Shown: positions 1-9,585, counted from the first letter of the stretch. The stretch is DNA of 32,000 nt from Candidatus Micrarchaeum sp. (GCF_016806735.1 NZ_CP060530.1:480001-512000), one strand, 5' to 3'. The notes: generated by a model not told the origin, from the sequence alone. Made by a program: numbers and translations.

Positions 1-390
1 GTAAAGATTTATGGGCTTTGTTTTTGATTTTACTGGGGTAGGCATTACCTCTGCCTTGCCATAAACTGCCGCAGTAGAAGCAAATATTATTTTTGAACCA
101 TACTCCTTTGCCAGTTTTGCAACATTATACGTGCCGTTGACATTAGTAGCAAAGCATGCATCGCAGTCTACTTCGCATTTCTGGGGATAAGCATTGGCGG
201 CTAGGTGTATGACAAACTCCGGTTTTGATCTTTCGAAGGCCTCTTTCAAAGCAGAATAGTCTTTTATGTCTACCTTGTTGCTGCCTTCTTCCAATATATC
301 TATTCCATAAACATTAACTTCTTTGCTCTTTAAATAGTGCACTACATTCGTTCCTATAAAACCTGCGGATCCAGTAACTAAAACACGCAT
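1..390 (-). CDS. NAD-dependent sugar epimerase/dehydratase (extended SDR). N-terminal 130 codons only; the C-terminus lies beyond the window start
   Basis: I translated the minus strand by hand from the ATG at 388-390: MRVLVTGSAGFIGTNVVHYL...HLAANAYPQ...IFASTAAVYG...PINLY. It has a GxxGxxG Rossmann motif and an STAAVYG motif. The frame is open to position 1. It is absent from the ORF track because there is no stop in the window. Confidence 0.85.
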   Translation of the reverse strand, partial: MRVLVTGSAGFIGTNVVHYLKSKEVNVYGIDILEEGSNKVDIKDYSALKEAFERSKPEFVIHLAANAYPQKCEVDCDACFATNVNGTYNVAKLAKEYGSKIIFASTAAVYGKAEVMPTPVKSKTKPINLY

Positions 391-1470
391 TTATTCACTA
401 TCTTTTATTATATCTAAAATCTTCTTTCCTGCAGCTTTGGAATCTATAAGTTTTACCAGCTTCATTTCATTCAACCTCATCTTTTCTGCTGCAGTTTTGT
501 CAAGCATTAAGATTGACCTTTCAATGCTCGGAACAGAACTGCTTTCTGCAACAAAACCTATATTATTGTGCTTTACGAACGCGGCCGCATTATTCATTTC
601 GCTTTTTACGGTCAATATTGGCAATTTAGCAGCCATGGCTTCTAATATAGTATTTGGCATTCCTTCTCTTTTGCTTGGAATTGCAAAGATGTCTGATTGT
701 TTGAAAAACTTTATCTTATCTTTATCGCTTACCCTGCCCAATATCTTTATATAGCTGTGATTTTTTGCTGTGCGTTTTATTGTGTCTATCAAGGGCCCCT
801 CGCCTGCTATTGTCAAAGAAAATTTCTCTTTAGAATTTTCATTTGCTGCTATTACTGCCTTTACTAAATTTGCAATATTTTTATGTTCTGCCAGCCTTCC
901 AAGGTAAAATATTCTTTTATGGCCTTTCTTCTTATCAGTTTTATATTTTGCAGTGTCTATCGGGGTATAAAAAAGCTTAAAATTTCCATCTGGATTTACT
1001 GTTTTAAGTTTGTCAAGAATATAACTACTGACGCAAATGCCGTTCCTAAAACGCTTTATTGCCTTATTTAAAAGCATGTGTTTTAACCCGCTGGGCCAAT
1101 ACTCGCACCAGTCAATAATAACGTTATCGTATGGTTTAATATAAAGAAGGTGCATTACCGGCATTTGGTTTACTATTATCTTGTCATAAGAGTCGTGTAT
1201 GCGGTCAATTAAGTCTGCACATGCCACTGCATAATCGAATGTGTTTTTTATGCTCCTTTTTGTTCCGCTGGAATATCCTTTTATTGTAACATGCCTGTAA
1301 ATATCAAATTTCCCTGCTTTTTCCTGTTTAGGCAATTTTCCAGTATAATCTATAGTATATACATCAACATCTGCGCCCATACCGGTAAGCGCGTTTGCAA
1401 AGCTGTCGAAGCGGAATTCCTGGCCTCCAAGGTGCGGTGCAAAAAACTCTGTTATCAATGCAACTTTCAT
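391..1470 (-). CDS. GT4-family (GT-B fold) glycosyltransferase
   Basis: 359 aa with an ATG start. The C-terminal SKREGMPNTILEAMAAKLPILT matches the E-x7-E retaining GT4 signature. The stop abuts the epimerase start. Confidence 0.85.
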   Translation of the reverse strand: MKVALITEFFAPHLGGQEFRFDSFANALTGMGADVDVYTIDYTGKLPKQEKAGKFDIYRHVTIKGYSSGTKRSIKNTFDYAVACADLIDRIHDSYDKIIVNQMPVMHLLYIKPYDNVIIDWCEYWPSGLKHMLLNKAIKRFRNGICVSSYILDKLKTVNPDGNFKLFYTPIDTAKYKTDKKKGHKRIFYLGRLAEHKNIANLVKAVIAANENSKEKFSLTIAGEGPLIDTIKRTAKNHSYIKILGRVSDKDKIKFFKQSDIFAIPSKREGMPNTILEAMAAKLPILTVKSEMNNAAAFVKHNNIGFVAESSSVPSIERSILMLDKTAAEKMRLNEMKLVKLIDSKAAGKKILDIIKDSE

Positions 1471-1533
1471 ATTATCACAATATCATATGGATTATGTTTA
1501 GCACTAATTATCCCGAATTTAAAGTTAATTTGG

Positions 1534-3789
1534 TTACTGCTTATTTAATATCTTTCTTTTTTGCTCTTTCCATCCATAAATTCCTATCCCTATGGTAACG
1601 AACAGCGCAGCAAAGCTCACACCCCACGCAATCCACGCATCTGTCTGCAGGGTATAATACAAAGTAATAGTATAATTGCCAGTTTTGTTCATGTACCACG
1701 CATTGGCAAACCCATTGACTGCGATATGGTCGCGAGGATTAACTTCAGTTCCATTGGAATAAAATGCTGTCCAGTGTGGATCGTACGTCTCCCGAAAAAC
1801 CAGGTAGTAAGGAGTAGTAGCATTGGAAACATGAACAGTAACCTTCGTAGGCGTATTTTCAACAAAGCTGATGTTTGGCTTGGAAAAGTTCGCTATTTGA
1901 GTAGCGTTTATGGTATTGCTATCATTATAAAAACTAACAATTGAATTAGTAAATACTGAGTTATTTTTTATGTCAAATGAATAATTACCTAAAACTCTAA
2001 ACTCATTTGTTATTGTGGAATTCCCTATGTTATCAATGTTTGACGAATATACTAACGGTACATAATTTATATTTTCATACACGCTAGAATTATCAAAATA
2101 AACTAGATTAATATCTTTTGAGTGATTCAAATTATATGCTATTACAGTAAGATTAAACGGGTAATACCCACAATTACATTTAGTATTATTTAAAACATCT
2201 GATTCTAAAATTAAATATTTTATACCAAATATACCAAATAAATTTGATAAACTTTCATTTGTTATTTTAAAATTATTTAATGTGCTACCTAAATATTTGT
2301 AATACTCATTTGTTGATGGTGGAAAAATTAATTCATTAACGCTTGTTTCTCCACCTGTAAAAACTTCGTGAGTATAAACTAAAGAAGAATAAATATTTAC
2401 ACCATAATACCAACTTGTTGTTTGCCAACCAGGTGCGGAGGGTAATGTAGCTACAGCAAAATTTCCAATATTGTTGTTTAGATAATTTGAAATGTTTATA
2501 ACATACTTTGGGATATTATGAAAATACAAAGATCCATATCCCAAGTACGCATTTAAACCGTACGTTGATTCGTATAAAAATATTATTACTGTAGACACTA
2601 ATAAAAGAATCAAGATCATAGTAAAAATCTTACTACTATCAAGCCTTTTCAATAATAATACTGCACCATAACCAAATAGTAACGAAAATGTGAAAATAGC
2701 TATATAATGTATTGATATAAATGAACCTCTAAATACACTTAAGTACGGTAAATACTTATAAAAATATTTGAAAATATTACCAAATGGTTTTGCAATAGTA
2801 TTTCCAAAAAAAGTAATAACCAAATATCCAATGAAAATAGAGATAAGGTAGTTATATTCTAATCTATAATTTTTATTTTTTAGGATTAAACTCAAAATTG
2901 CTATAATAAAAATTAGTAAAGATGGGAAAAGAATAAAATATAAAACTTTATCAGTTGGAAAAAAGTCGAAAGAAAATATTATCCCAATCGATTTTATTGT
3001 ATAAAATTTAATAAATGTTAAAGAACTCACTTTTGTCAAAAAGGCATAATACAATTTGCTAGATATTTCTGGTCCAAGCATCCAAGATAAGTTTAAAGTA
3101 ACTGATCCAGCTACTACATAAAAAAAACTTTTTATATAATTAAGCCGAACATCGCTTTTAGCTAAAATTGTTAGAAAAACAAATACGGTTAATATAAAAA
3201 GCAGACTTTGAACGCCAAAATAAGTTCCTCCCATAGACAATATAACTCCTGCGGTAAAAATTGATAACGCTAAAAAGATTAAGTCTATTTTTTTATACTT
3301 ATCAATATGCTTCAAAAGCATATATGTCGTAAGAATGAAAAAAGGTAGCATTACCCCTGCACTAGTTTCACCATATGCGCTTATTGGTATTACAAACATC
3401 AACGAAGATATTATTCCGATAATTTGTGCTTTGAATATTCCAAAATTTTTAGTAAAAGTATAAACTAAGTAGAACATACCTAAAGCTCCAACTAAAAATT
3501 GAGTATATAAAAATACAATAAACCCAATTGCATTGTTTCCAGTTAAAACTTTAGTTAGGTATCCTATGCTACCAAACAAATAATCGAAAATAGGTGTAGT
3601 TGTGTTAGGAACTCCAGTATAATCATATATTGACCAAACGTATAAACCAGCATATTCATCATACGAGTTAAATACTGTAACTCCAGTATCATGCCCAAAA
3701 AGATATCCAAAATGCGTATATATTAATATACTGATCAAAACAAAAATGGCTACAGCTATGGGTGCAAGATAAGGTAACTTTCCATGCAT
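1534..3789 (-). CDS. Large polytopic GT-C-like membrane glycosyltransferase (possible oligosaccharyl/polysaccharide transferase) with a sequon-rich ectodomain and a C-terminal TM anchor
   Basis: The track ORF starts at a TTG (3852). The ATG at 3787-3789 (MHGKLPYLAP...) is more likely. It has about 13-14 hydrophobic spans and acidic residues in the first loop (GHDTG, YDEY). A roughly 330-aa ectodomain follows, containing SWYYG and a YDPHW...NGFANAW module, then a terminal TM (WIAWGVSFAALFVTIGIGIYGW). Confidence 0.6.
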   Translation of the reverse strand: MHGKLPYLAPIAVAIFVLISILIYTHFGYLFGHDTGVTVFNSYDEYAGLYVWSIYDYTGVPNTTTPIFDYLFGSIGYLTKVLTGNNAIGFIVFLYTQFLVGALGMFYLVYTFTKNFGIFKAQIIGIISSLMFVIPISAYGETSAGVMLPFFILTTYMLLKHIDKYKKIDLIFLALSIFTAGVILSMGGTYFGVQSLLFILTVFVFLTILAKSDVRLNYIKSFFYVVAGSVTLNLSWMLGPEISSKLYYAFLTKVSSLTFIKFYTIKSIGIIFSFDFFPTDKVLYFILFPSLLIFIIAILSLILKNKNYRLEYNYLISIFIGYLVITFFGNTIAKPFGNIFKYFYKYLPYLSVFRGSFISIHYIAIFTFSLLFGYGAVLLLKRLDSSKIFTMILILLLVSTVIIFLYESTYGLNAYLGYGSLYFHNIPKYVINISNYLNNNIGNFAVATLPSAPGWQTTSWYYGVNIYSSLVYTHEVFTGGETSVNELIFPPSTNEYYKYLGSTLNNFKITNESLSNLFGIFGIKYLILESDVLNNTKCNCGYYPFNLTVIAYNLNHSKDINLVYFDNSSVYENINYVPLVYSSNIDNIGNSTITNEFRVLGNYSFDIKNNSVFTNSIVSFYNDSNTINATQIANFSKPNISFVENTPTKVTVHVSNATTPYYLVFRETYDPHWTAFYSNGTEVNPRDHIAVNGFANAWYMNKTGNYTITLYYTLQTDAWIAWGVSFAALFVTIGIGIYGWKEQKRKILNKQ

Positions 3790-3832
3790 ATAATCTAGAA
3801 AATAGTTAATCTCAATCAAATTATCACAAAAA

Positions 3833-4609
3833 TCATAGATACAGCACCCCAATACCTTTTTTTACTTCTCTACTGTTTTTTACCTTATTATCAATTATCT
3901 CAATATGCTTAAAATTATCTTTTATTTCTTGGTAAAACTTCCCTACAGTATCCTCTAAAAGTATATCATGAAATGCTATAATCCCTCCTTGTTTTACAAA
4001 TCTGGAGTACATGTTGAAATCATCTTTAACCCCATTATAACTATGGTCCCCGTCTATGAATAAAAAGTCTATTTTTTTACCCATTAATGTGTGTTTTATT
4101 CTATTTCTAGTTGGCTTTTGATGCGAATTCATTTCTACCAATATAATATTTTGCCTTTTTGTTGCAAATGATTTTATAAACGTTTTTCTCCAACCGTAGT
4201 CATTGTCTATACTTATCAAAGTTGCATTTGGGCTTGCAATCCTAGAAAAAAGGAACATCGTACCGCCACCTGCAGTCCCTATCTCCAATATTGTTTTTAA
4301 ATTTCTTTTTTTTAGTATCTTTAAAAGCGAAAAAATTTCGAAACGGTTTTGCCCAGGCCATAATTTTATGCCAAAATAATTGAATTTTTCCAAATAATTT
4401 AACCATTCATTTAACTCGATGTTATTTTTATACGTATCAATATGGATTTTTTTTATAGCTCCAGAAAGAAAAAATTTGCCCAGGTATGAATTAACTAAAA
4501 ATGTAAATAGTCCTTCTTCTCTGATATAATAAGCCGCATCATAAAGCTTTGGGTTGAAACGGTAAAACTGTTCGTATTTATGTTGTATCTTATATATATC
4601 ATTCTCCAT
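3833..4609 (-). CDS. Class I SAM-dependent methyltransferase (Methyltransf_24/CmcI-like, probable sugar O-methyltransferase)
   Basis: Motif I is ILEIGTAGGGTMFLFS and FLFIDGDHSYNGVKDDF is also present. The track start at 4618 is TTG. The ATG at 4607-4609 gives MENDIYK... Confidence 0.75.
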   Translation of the reverse strand: MENDIYKIQHKYEQFYRFNPKLYDAAYYIREEGLFTFLVNSYLGKFFLSGAIKKIHIDTYKNNIELNEWLNYLEKFNYFGIKLWPGQNRFEIFSLLKILKKRNLKTILEIGTAGGGTMFLFSRIASPNATLISIDNDYGWRKTFIKSFATKRQNIILVEMNSHQKPTRNRIKHTLMGKKIDFLFIDGDHSYNGVKDDFNMYSRFVKQGGIIAFHDILLEDTVGKFYQEIKDNFKHIEIIDNKVKNSREVKKGIGVLYL

Positions 4610-4678
4610 AAAAATCAATACTACTAAGTAGGTAGTTTATTAATAAAGCTTTGTTTAAATTGAATAATTAATGATTTT

Positions 4679-5647
4679 ATGCTTAAAAGTAAATTAAATA
4701 ATAAAGAAAACAACGGTTTAGTTACTGTAATAATACCTACTATGGATAGGCCAAAAATGCTAAGAAGGTGTATAAATTCTATTTTATTGAACACCTACAA
4801 AAATCTAGAAATTATTGTTTCAGACGACTCACGACTAAATAAAAGTTTAGAAGTTGTTAAACAAAAAAGAAAACATTTTCACAATATAAAATATATCAAA
4901 AATACCGGGAAAAGTGTGGCGTTAGCAATAAACAATGCAATTAGATTATCAAAGGGTGAATTTATTTTTATCTTGGATGACGATAACAAAATAGATAAAA
5001 ATTGCATAGCAGAACTTGTAAAAACTATGAACAAATACAAGAATATAGGTATTGTTGGTCCTTTAGCCCTCTATTATACACATAAAGAAAGGATAATGCA
5101 TGCAGGCGTCATGAGGAGTAGTTTTATGCGAAGGGCGATATATTTACATGAAAATGAGATATGGAATAATCAAATAAGCGAAGGTGAGGTTGTTGAAGAT
5201 TTTGCAAATGCATTTATGTTTGTGAAAAAAGTCATTTATAAAGCAGGTTTGTGGGATTTATTGGTACCGCACATGGGGGAGGATGCTGATTTTGAGGCTA
5301 GAGTCAGAAAAGCAGGTTATAAAGTAATAATTAATCCTAATGCGATTACTTACCACGATATACCATTTGATCCAAAAGTTACATATTTCCTACGTGTAAA
5401 TGAGAATAGAATGTATCATTCCATGCACAGTAAAATACTTTATGTATATAGATATGATACCTTTTTACAGAAGCTCACCTTTACCTTATCTGTACCGATT
5501 TACTTAACTTTTTATATCGTGGCAATAATAAAAGATAGAAACATTGGAAATATAAAAAGAAAACTGCTAAAGGCGCTATTCATTGGGACTTTTAATGGTT
5601 TTGCAGATGCTTTTAGGAAAAAAAACAGAATAGAATGGATTCGATAA
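4679..5647 (+). CDS. GT2-family glycosyltransferase
   Basis: VTVIIPTMDRPKMLRRCINSIL, DDS and ILDDDN (DxD) motifs, with a C-terminal TM. ATG start. Confidence 0.85.
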   Translation: MLKSKLNNKENNGLVTVIIPTMDRPKMLRRCINSILLNTYKNLEIIVSDDSRLNKSLEVVKQKRKHFHNIKYIKNTGKSVALAINNAIRLSKGEFIFILDDDNKIDKNCIAELVKTMNKYKNIGIVGPLALYYTHKERIMHAGVMRSSFMRRAIYLHENEIWNNQISEGEVVEDFANAFMFVKKVIYKAGLWDLLVPHMGEDADFEARVRKAGYKVIINPNAITYHDIPFDPKVTYFLRVNENRMYHSMHSKILYVYRYDTFLQKLTFTLSVPIYLTFYIVAIIKDRNIGNIKRKLLKALFIGTFNGFADAFRKKNRIEWIR

Positions 5648-5648
5648 T

Positions 5649-6506
5649 ATGGGAAAAAATATTTTGCTAACTATAATAGTGCCTACATATAAAAGACCAG
5701 ATAAACTTATAAGGTGCTTGGAAAGTATTTTTAGAAGTACTTACAAAAAGATAGAAGTCATTGTTATAAATGATTCACCTGAGGACGATTTGAGTTTTTT
5801 AAATAAAAAATTTAAAATACACTTAATCCAACACAAAAAAGAGACTTATTGGGTAAGAAGCCGTAATGAAGGGGCTAAGCTGGCAAACGGCCCGCTTTTA
5901 TTCTTTATAGACGATGACAATATAATAAAAATTGATACTATTGAAAAACTGGTTAAAAAATATAAAAATAGTGAAAATATCGGGCTACTCGGGCCTCTAA
6001 TGCTAAACAAAGATAAATCTTTGTGGTTTTATGGTGCAAAAGCAAATTGGATAAATCCATATCCAAAACCAGTAAACATCTCCGAATTAAAAAGAGATTT
6101 GATAGAAACCGACGTAATACCTAATGCTTATATGATATCAAAGAAATCATATTTTTTAGTAGGCATGGAAGACCAAAAGTTTTTGCATCATGAAGAATTT
6201 GATCTCGCTCAAAGACTTAAAAGAAAAGGTTTCAAAAATTACATATATACAAAAGCAATAACTGTACATGACCATGGGAGTGTAGTAACCCATATAAGCC
6301 CATTTAGGCTTCGTACAATAATCAAAGGTCACATAATGATAGAAAAAAAATACGCTCCTTTGTGGAAATTTATTATATTTGCTATTTTATACGTGCCAAT
6401 AAATTTTGCTTATTATTCATTATACAAAATACCGAAGCTTAATGGCCCTAAACTAGCCTACTACAAAAATTATATAAAAGGACTTAAGGAGGGATACTTT
6501 AATTAA
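5649..6506 (+). CDS. GT2-family glycosyltransferase (tandem paralog of the previous gene)
   Basis: LTIIVPTYKRPDKLIRCLESIF, INDS and FIDDDN motifs. The ATG lies 1 nt after the upstream stop, suggesting translational coupling. Confidence 0.85.
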   Translation: MGKNILLTIIVPTYKRPDKLIRCLESIFRSTYKKIEVIVINDSPEDDLSFLNKKFKIHLIQHKKETYWVRSRNEGAKLANGPLLFFIDDDNIIKIDTIEKLVKKYKNSENIGLLGPLMLNKDKSLWFYGAKANWINPYPKPVNISELKRDLIETDVIPNAYMISKKSYFLVGMEDQKFLHHEEFDLAQRLKRKGFKNYIYTKAITVHDHGSVVTHISPFRLRTIIKGHIMIEKKYAPLWKFIIFAILYVPINFAYYSLYKIPKLNGPKLAYYKNYIKGLKEGYFN

Positions 6507-7299
6507 GAATCCTGTAAACTCTCTTTTATGTATTCAATATTGTTTTTATCTTTTGAATAACTATATACTCCTAAAATGCGGGCTATCGTGTAAGCAACCA
6601 TAAACAATAAACCCCTAATGATGCTCTTGGAAGAGGATGAGTTATAAAATTCACTAAAAGACTTAAATGCCACACCCCTTTCATTATCTACGAGCACCCT
6701 AAACATCCGAATGCCAAAGCCAAAATTTGAAGTTTTATATCTTTTGTGCCTATTATAAAAATTTTCTCCAACGCTGTTATCATTCTGATAATACTTATTT
6801 ATTAAACCTTTTCCGCCATACACTATGTCAAATTTTTCTTTATCCATTATTAATCTATATCCAAACGACTTGAAGTGGGCATATCTTTCAAGATCCTCAG
6901 AAGTAAATAAATCTTTCCAAGGAACAAACTTATTCGCTTTTGCTTTAGAGAGCATACCAAATATAAATACTTCGTTATCTCCTAATATACCAATATTTTT
7001 TTTACCAAATCTATATACTCTTTATTATAAACAGTATCGAAATCCACATACATTAAAAAATCTTCATCACCAGCTTTATTTAACGCTTTTTCTAGTGCAA
7101 TTTTCCTACCAAGGCCATGCGAACATTTTTTCCTTATTACAACTAAATTTTCAATATTTTTTAAAGTCTCGTAAGTTCCGTCAGTAGAGTAATTATCTAC
7201 TACAAATATTTTAGCATATTTAAGCGGCATTAAAGAGTCTATGCAGGCCTGAACTCTACTTGCGTTATTAAATACTGTACCGTATATAAATAAAGTCAT
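6503..7299 (-). pseudogene. GT2-like glycosyltransferase split by a frameshift in an A8 run (track ORFs 6982-7299 and 6503-6955). It is a paralog of 13166-13954
   Basis: The N-terminal ORF (MTLFIYGTVFNNA...VVDNYSTDGTYETL...MYVDFD) and the C-terminal ORF (...FRVLVDNERGVAFKSFSEFY...ILGVYSYS) align in order with the single 13166-13954 protein. The C-terminal frame stays open upstream to 7021 and reads KKNIGILGDNEVFIFGMLSK, matching PNEMYLLFGGLSLA of the paralog. Confidence 0.8.
6996..7003 (-). repeat. A8 homopolymer (T8 on the + strand) at the frameshift point. In the 0 frame it reads gtA AAA AAA, an X XXY YYZ heptamer
   Basis: Read directly: ...caatatttttttt accaaat... One added A, or a -1 shift, fuses the two ORFs. 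Confidence 0.9.
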
Positions 7300-7345
7300 A
7301 CAATCTGTAGATTATAAGAAACAAAAATATATAAGTGATAACATT

Positions 7346-8416
7346 ATGAAAGTAGCTTTACTTGGTTTAAACGGGGACTTTGAAAAAGGTACTGGTTCAG
7401 GGATTAAAAACTACATGTATTACATTTATGAAGGTCTTTCCAAGTCAAATATTAAAGCAGATAAAATAGAATTTAAAAAAAGCAGATTATTGCAGCGCTC
7501 CCCATGGTTAAATAACTGGTTGTCCTTTGGTTTTGGTACGTGTGCAAAAAGATTCGACGGTTATGATATAGTGCATAATCCAGACCCCGGACATAAGATT
7601 TTCATGCGACGTGGCAAATATAAGCTTGTTACTACTGTACATGATTTTAGGGAATTTTTTGATCCTAAAGCTAAAATAAGCAGTAAAGACGATCTAAAAC
7701 AAAGAATATTCGTAACTTTGGTAAAAAAATCACTATTAGCTGCTTTAAAATCTGACTATCTTATAGTACGTTCTACACAAACAAGGGACGAGGCAATACT
7801 TCTTGGTTATGATAAAAATAAAATATTTGTATCACCAAGTGGTTTAAATAAAGAATTTATTTCAAAACCAATTCAGAAGAGGAAAGTAAATGCACCCATA
7901 TTTAGAGTTGGTTACATAGGTGGATTTAGCTATTCTAAAAATCTTATTTTTGCAATAGATGCGTTTAAACATATTAAAAATAACGATATGCACTTTCTTA
8001 TCTATGGCAAAAAGGCGTTAGAATATGAGAATTTATTAAAATACTCAGCAGGAGTAAAGAGTATAAAATTCATGGGTTTTGCGCCAGAAGACAAATTGGT
8101 CTCGATATACAATTCATTTGATGCTTTTGTTTTTCCATCTTTATACGAAGGTCTCGGCTTGCCAATTCGTGAAGCCCAATCCCGCGGCCTTCCAGTGATA
8201 ATATACAAATACGCTAAAATACCTAAAGAGGTAAGGAAATACTGCTTTGAAGCCGAGAACCCAGAACACATGGCACAGATAATAAAAGAATTAAAAGAAA
8301 ACGGCTACAACGAAAAACAGCAAAAGAAAGCAACAGAATATGCGAGAAGCTTTACATGGGGGAATTGTACAAAGAGTACTCTAACTGCATATAAAAAGGC
8401 AATAACATATGCTTGA
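7346..8416 (+). CDS. GT4-family glycosyltransferase
   Basis: PSLYEGLGLPIREAQSRGLPVI matches the E-x7-E motif. 356 aa with an ATG start. Confidence 0.85.
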   Translation: MKVALLGLNGDFEKGTGSGIKNYMYYIYEGLSKSNIKADKIEFKKSRLLQRSPWLNNWLSFGFGTCAKRFDGYDIVHNPDPGHKIFMRRGKYKLVTTVHDFREFFDPKAKISSKDDLKQRIFVTLVKKSLLAALKSDYLIVRSTQTRDEAILLGYDKNKIFVSPSGLNKEFISKPIQKRKVNAPIFRVGYIGGFSYSKNLIFAIDAFKHIKNNDMHFLIYGKKALEYENLLKYSAGVKSIKFMGFAPEDKLVSIYNSFDAFVFPSLYEGLGLPIREAQSRGLPVIIYKYAKIPKEVRKYCFEAENPEHMAQIIKELKENGYNEKQQKKATEYARSFTWGNCTKSTLTAYKKAITYA

Positions 8417-8433
8417 TTTGTTTTGTTATAAGT

Positions 8434-9423
8434 CTATTCCTTGAAATACAGGTATGCAAAAAAGGACCCATTGAAACCCTTACTTTCATGCGAGATATCT
8501 CGCGTAGGTACTGTATGTTTCATATAAAATCTCGCCTTCTTTAATTTTTTTTCAATATTTTTGTATCCATAATGATATTCACCTTGAATTTGCCTGAATT
8601 TTCTTAGTGATCTACTACTTGCACTTAATAGAACACCATACTCACAACCTTCACAATCAATTTTTAATACTGCTCCATCATTTACCCGATAGTTGTTAAA
8701 TATACTCTCAAGTGTATATACCTTTATTTTTTTTCCAGATTTTGATTCTTTTAATTCACTGCTAGCTACGCTTATGTGATTAGAGCCTATAATAATTTCA
8801 CTATCTCTTGCGCCACAACCTGCATTTAGTAAAGTAATTTTCTTTTCTAAGTGATTTAATCTTATATTTTTGATTGCAGACATATAAGAATAAGGATAAG
8901 GTTCAAATGCATATACATGTTTTGCACCTTTTAAAGCAAAGTAAATTGCCGAATCACCTATATTTGCACCAATATCTATAACAACTCTATTTTTTACATC
9001 CAACTGTTTGTATTGTTCATCTATAAATTGCTCTTTTATCATACTTAACGTATTATGTAATTGCTTTTGAGAATCATAATTAAATTTTAATGGCTTATTG
9101 TCAAATTTGAATTCTATAGTTTTGTTTTTTTCAATTATTTTAACTGGACGATTTAAGTTAACTAACGCTTGTTGATCATCTCCACTTTCCCAAAACGAAA
9201 AATAATCTTCAGGTTTTTTTATTTCTATTTTTTTGCCATTGCGCAGCCACATTATGAATCCAGGTTTCTTCAAGCCTACTCTAAAAAGAATCACATCATA
9301 CCAATTATTTACTATGCTTTTCACAACAAGCAAATCCTTTATTTTGCGATTTACCTTATCAAACTGCATTATAAAGTAATCTAATTTGGTAATATTCTTT
9401 CTAGGATCGAAATCTAGCTTCAT
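8434..9423 (-). CDS. FkbM-family SAM-dependent methyltransferase
   Basis: VIDIGANIGDSAIYFALKGAKHVYAFEPYPYSY is the typical FkbM/Methyltransf_21 motif. ATG start. Confidence 0.75.
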   Translation of the reverse strand: MKLDFDPRKNITKLDYFIMQFDKVNRKIKDLLVVKSIVNNWYDVILFRVGLKKPGFIMWLRNGKKIEIKKPEDYFSFWESGDDQQALVNLNRPVKIIEKNKTIEFKFDNKPLKFNYDSQKQLHNTLSMIKEQFIDEQYKQLDVKNRVVIDIGANIGDSAIYFALKGAKHVYAFEPYPYSYMSAIKNIRLNHLEKKITLLNAGCGARDSEIIIGSNHISVASSELKESKSGKKIKVYTLESIFNNYRVNDGAVLKIDCEGCEYGVLLSASSRSLRKFRQIQGEYHYGYKNIEKKLKKARFYMKHTVPTRDISHESKGFNGSFFAYLYFKE

Positions 9424-9585
9424 TAGACCAACTTTGTGATAATATTTGTTAAGTATTAAATAAAAATAGATATAAATACACAGGTTTTATCAAGAAACTA
9501 AAAACACAGCAATTTTAATAATTTAATTATATTTGTCTTATTAACCGTATATCTAGAATAAAAGTTCTATTATTCAGGTCATTAA

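Noticed and set aside
1900-1960. Possible att-like direct repeats at the cassette edges (cattataaaaactaacaattg near 1925 versus ttattatagattaacagctag near 10195).
   Set aside because: There are only scattered matches in A/T-rich sequence and no exact core of meaningful length. No integrase or tRNA is nearby. This is indistinguishable from chance.
6499-6506. The convergent genes 5649-6506 (+) and 6503-6955 (-) overlap by 4 nt. Both stop codons are embedded in the palindrome TTAATTAA.
   Set aside because: The overlap is real but probably trivial. TAA stops and A/T octamers are very frequent in this ~25% G+C region, so no special function is inferred.
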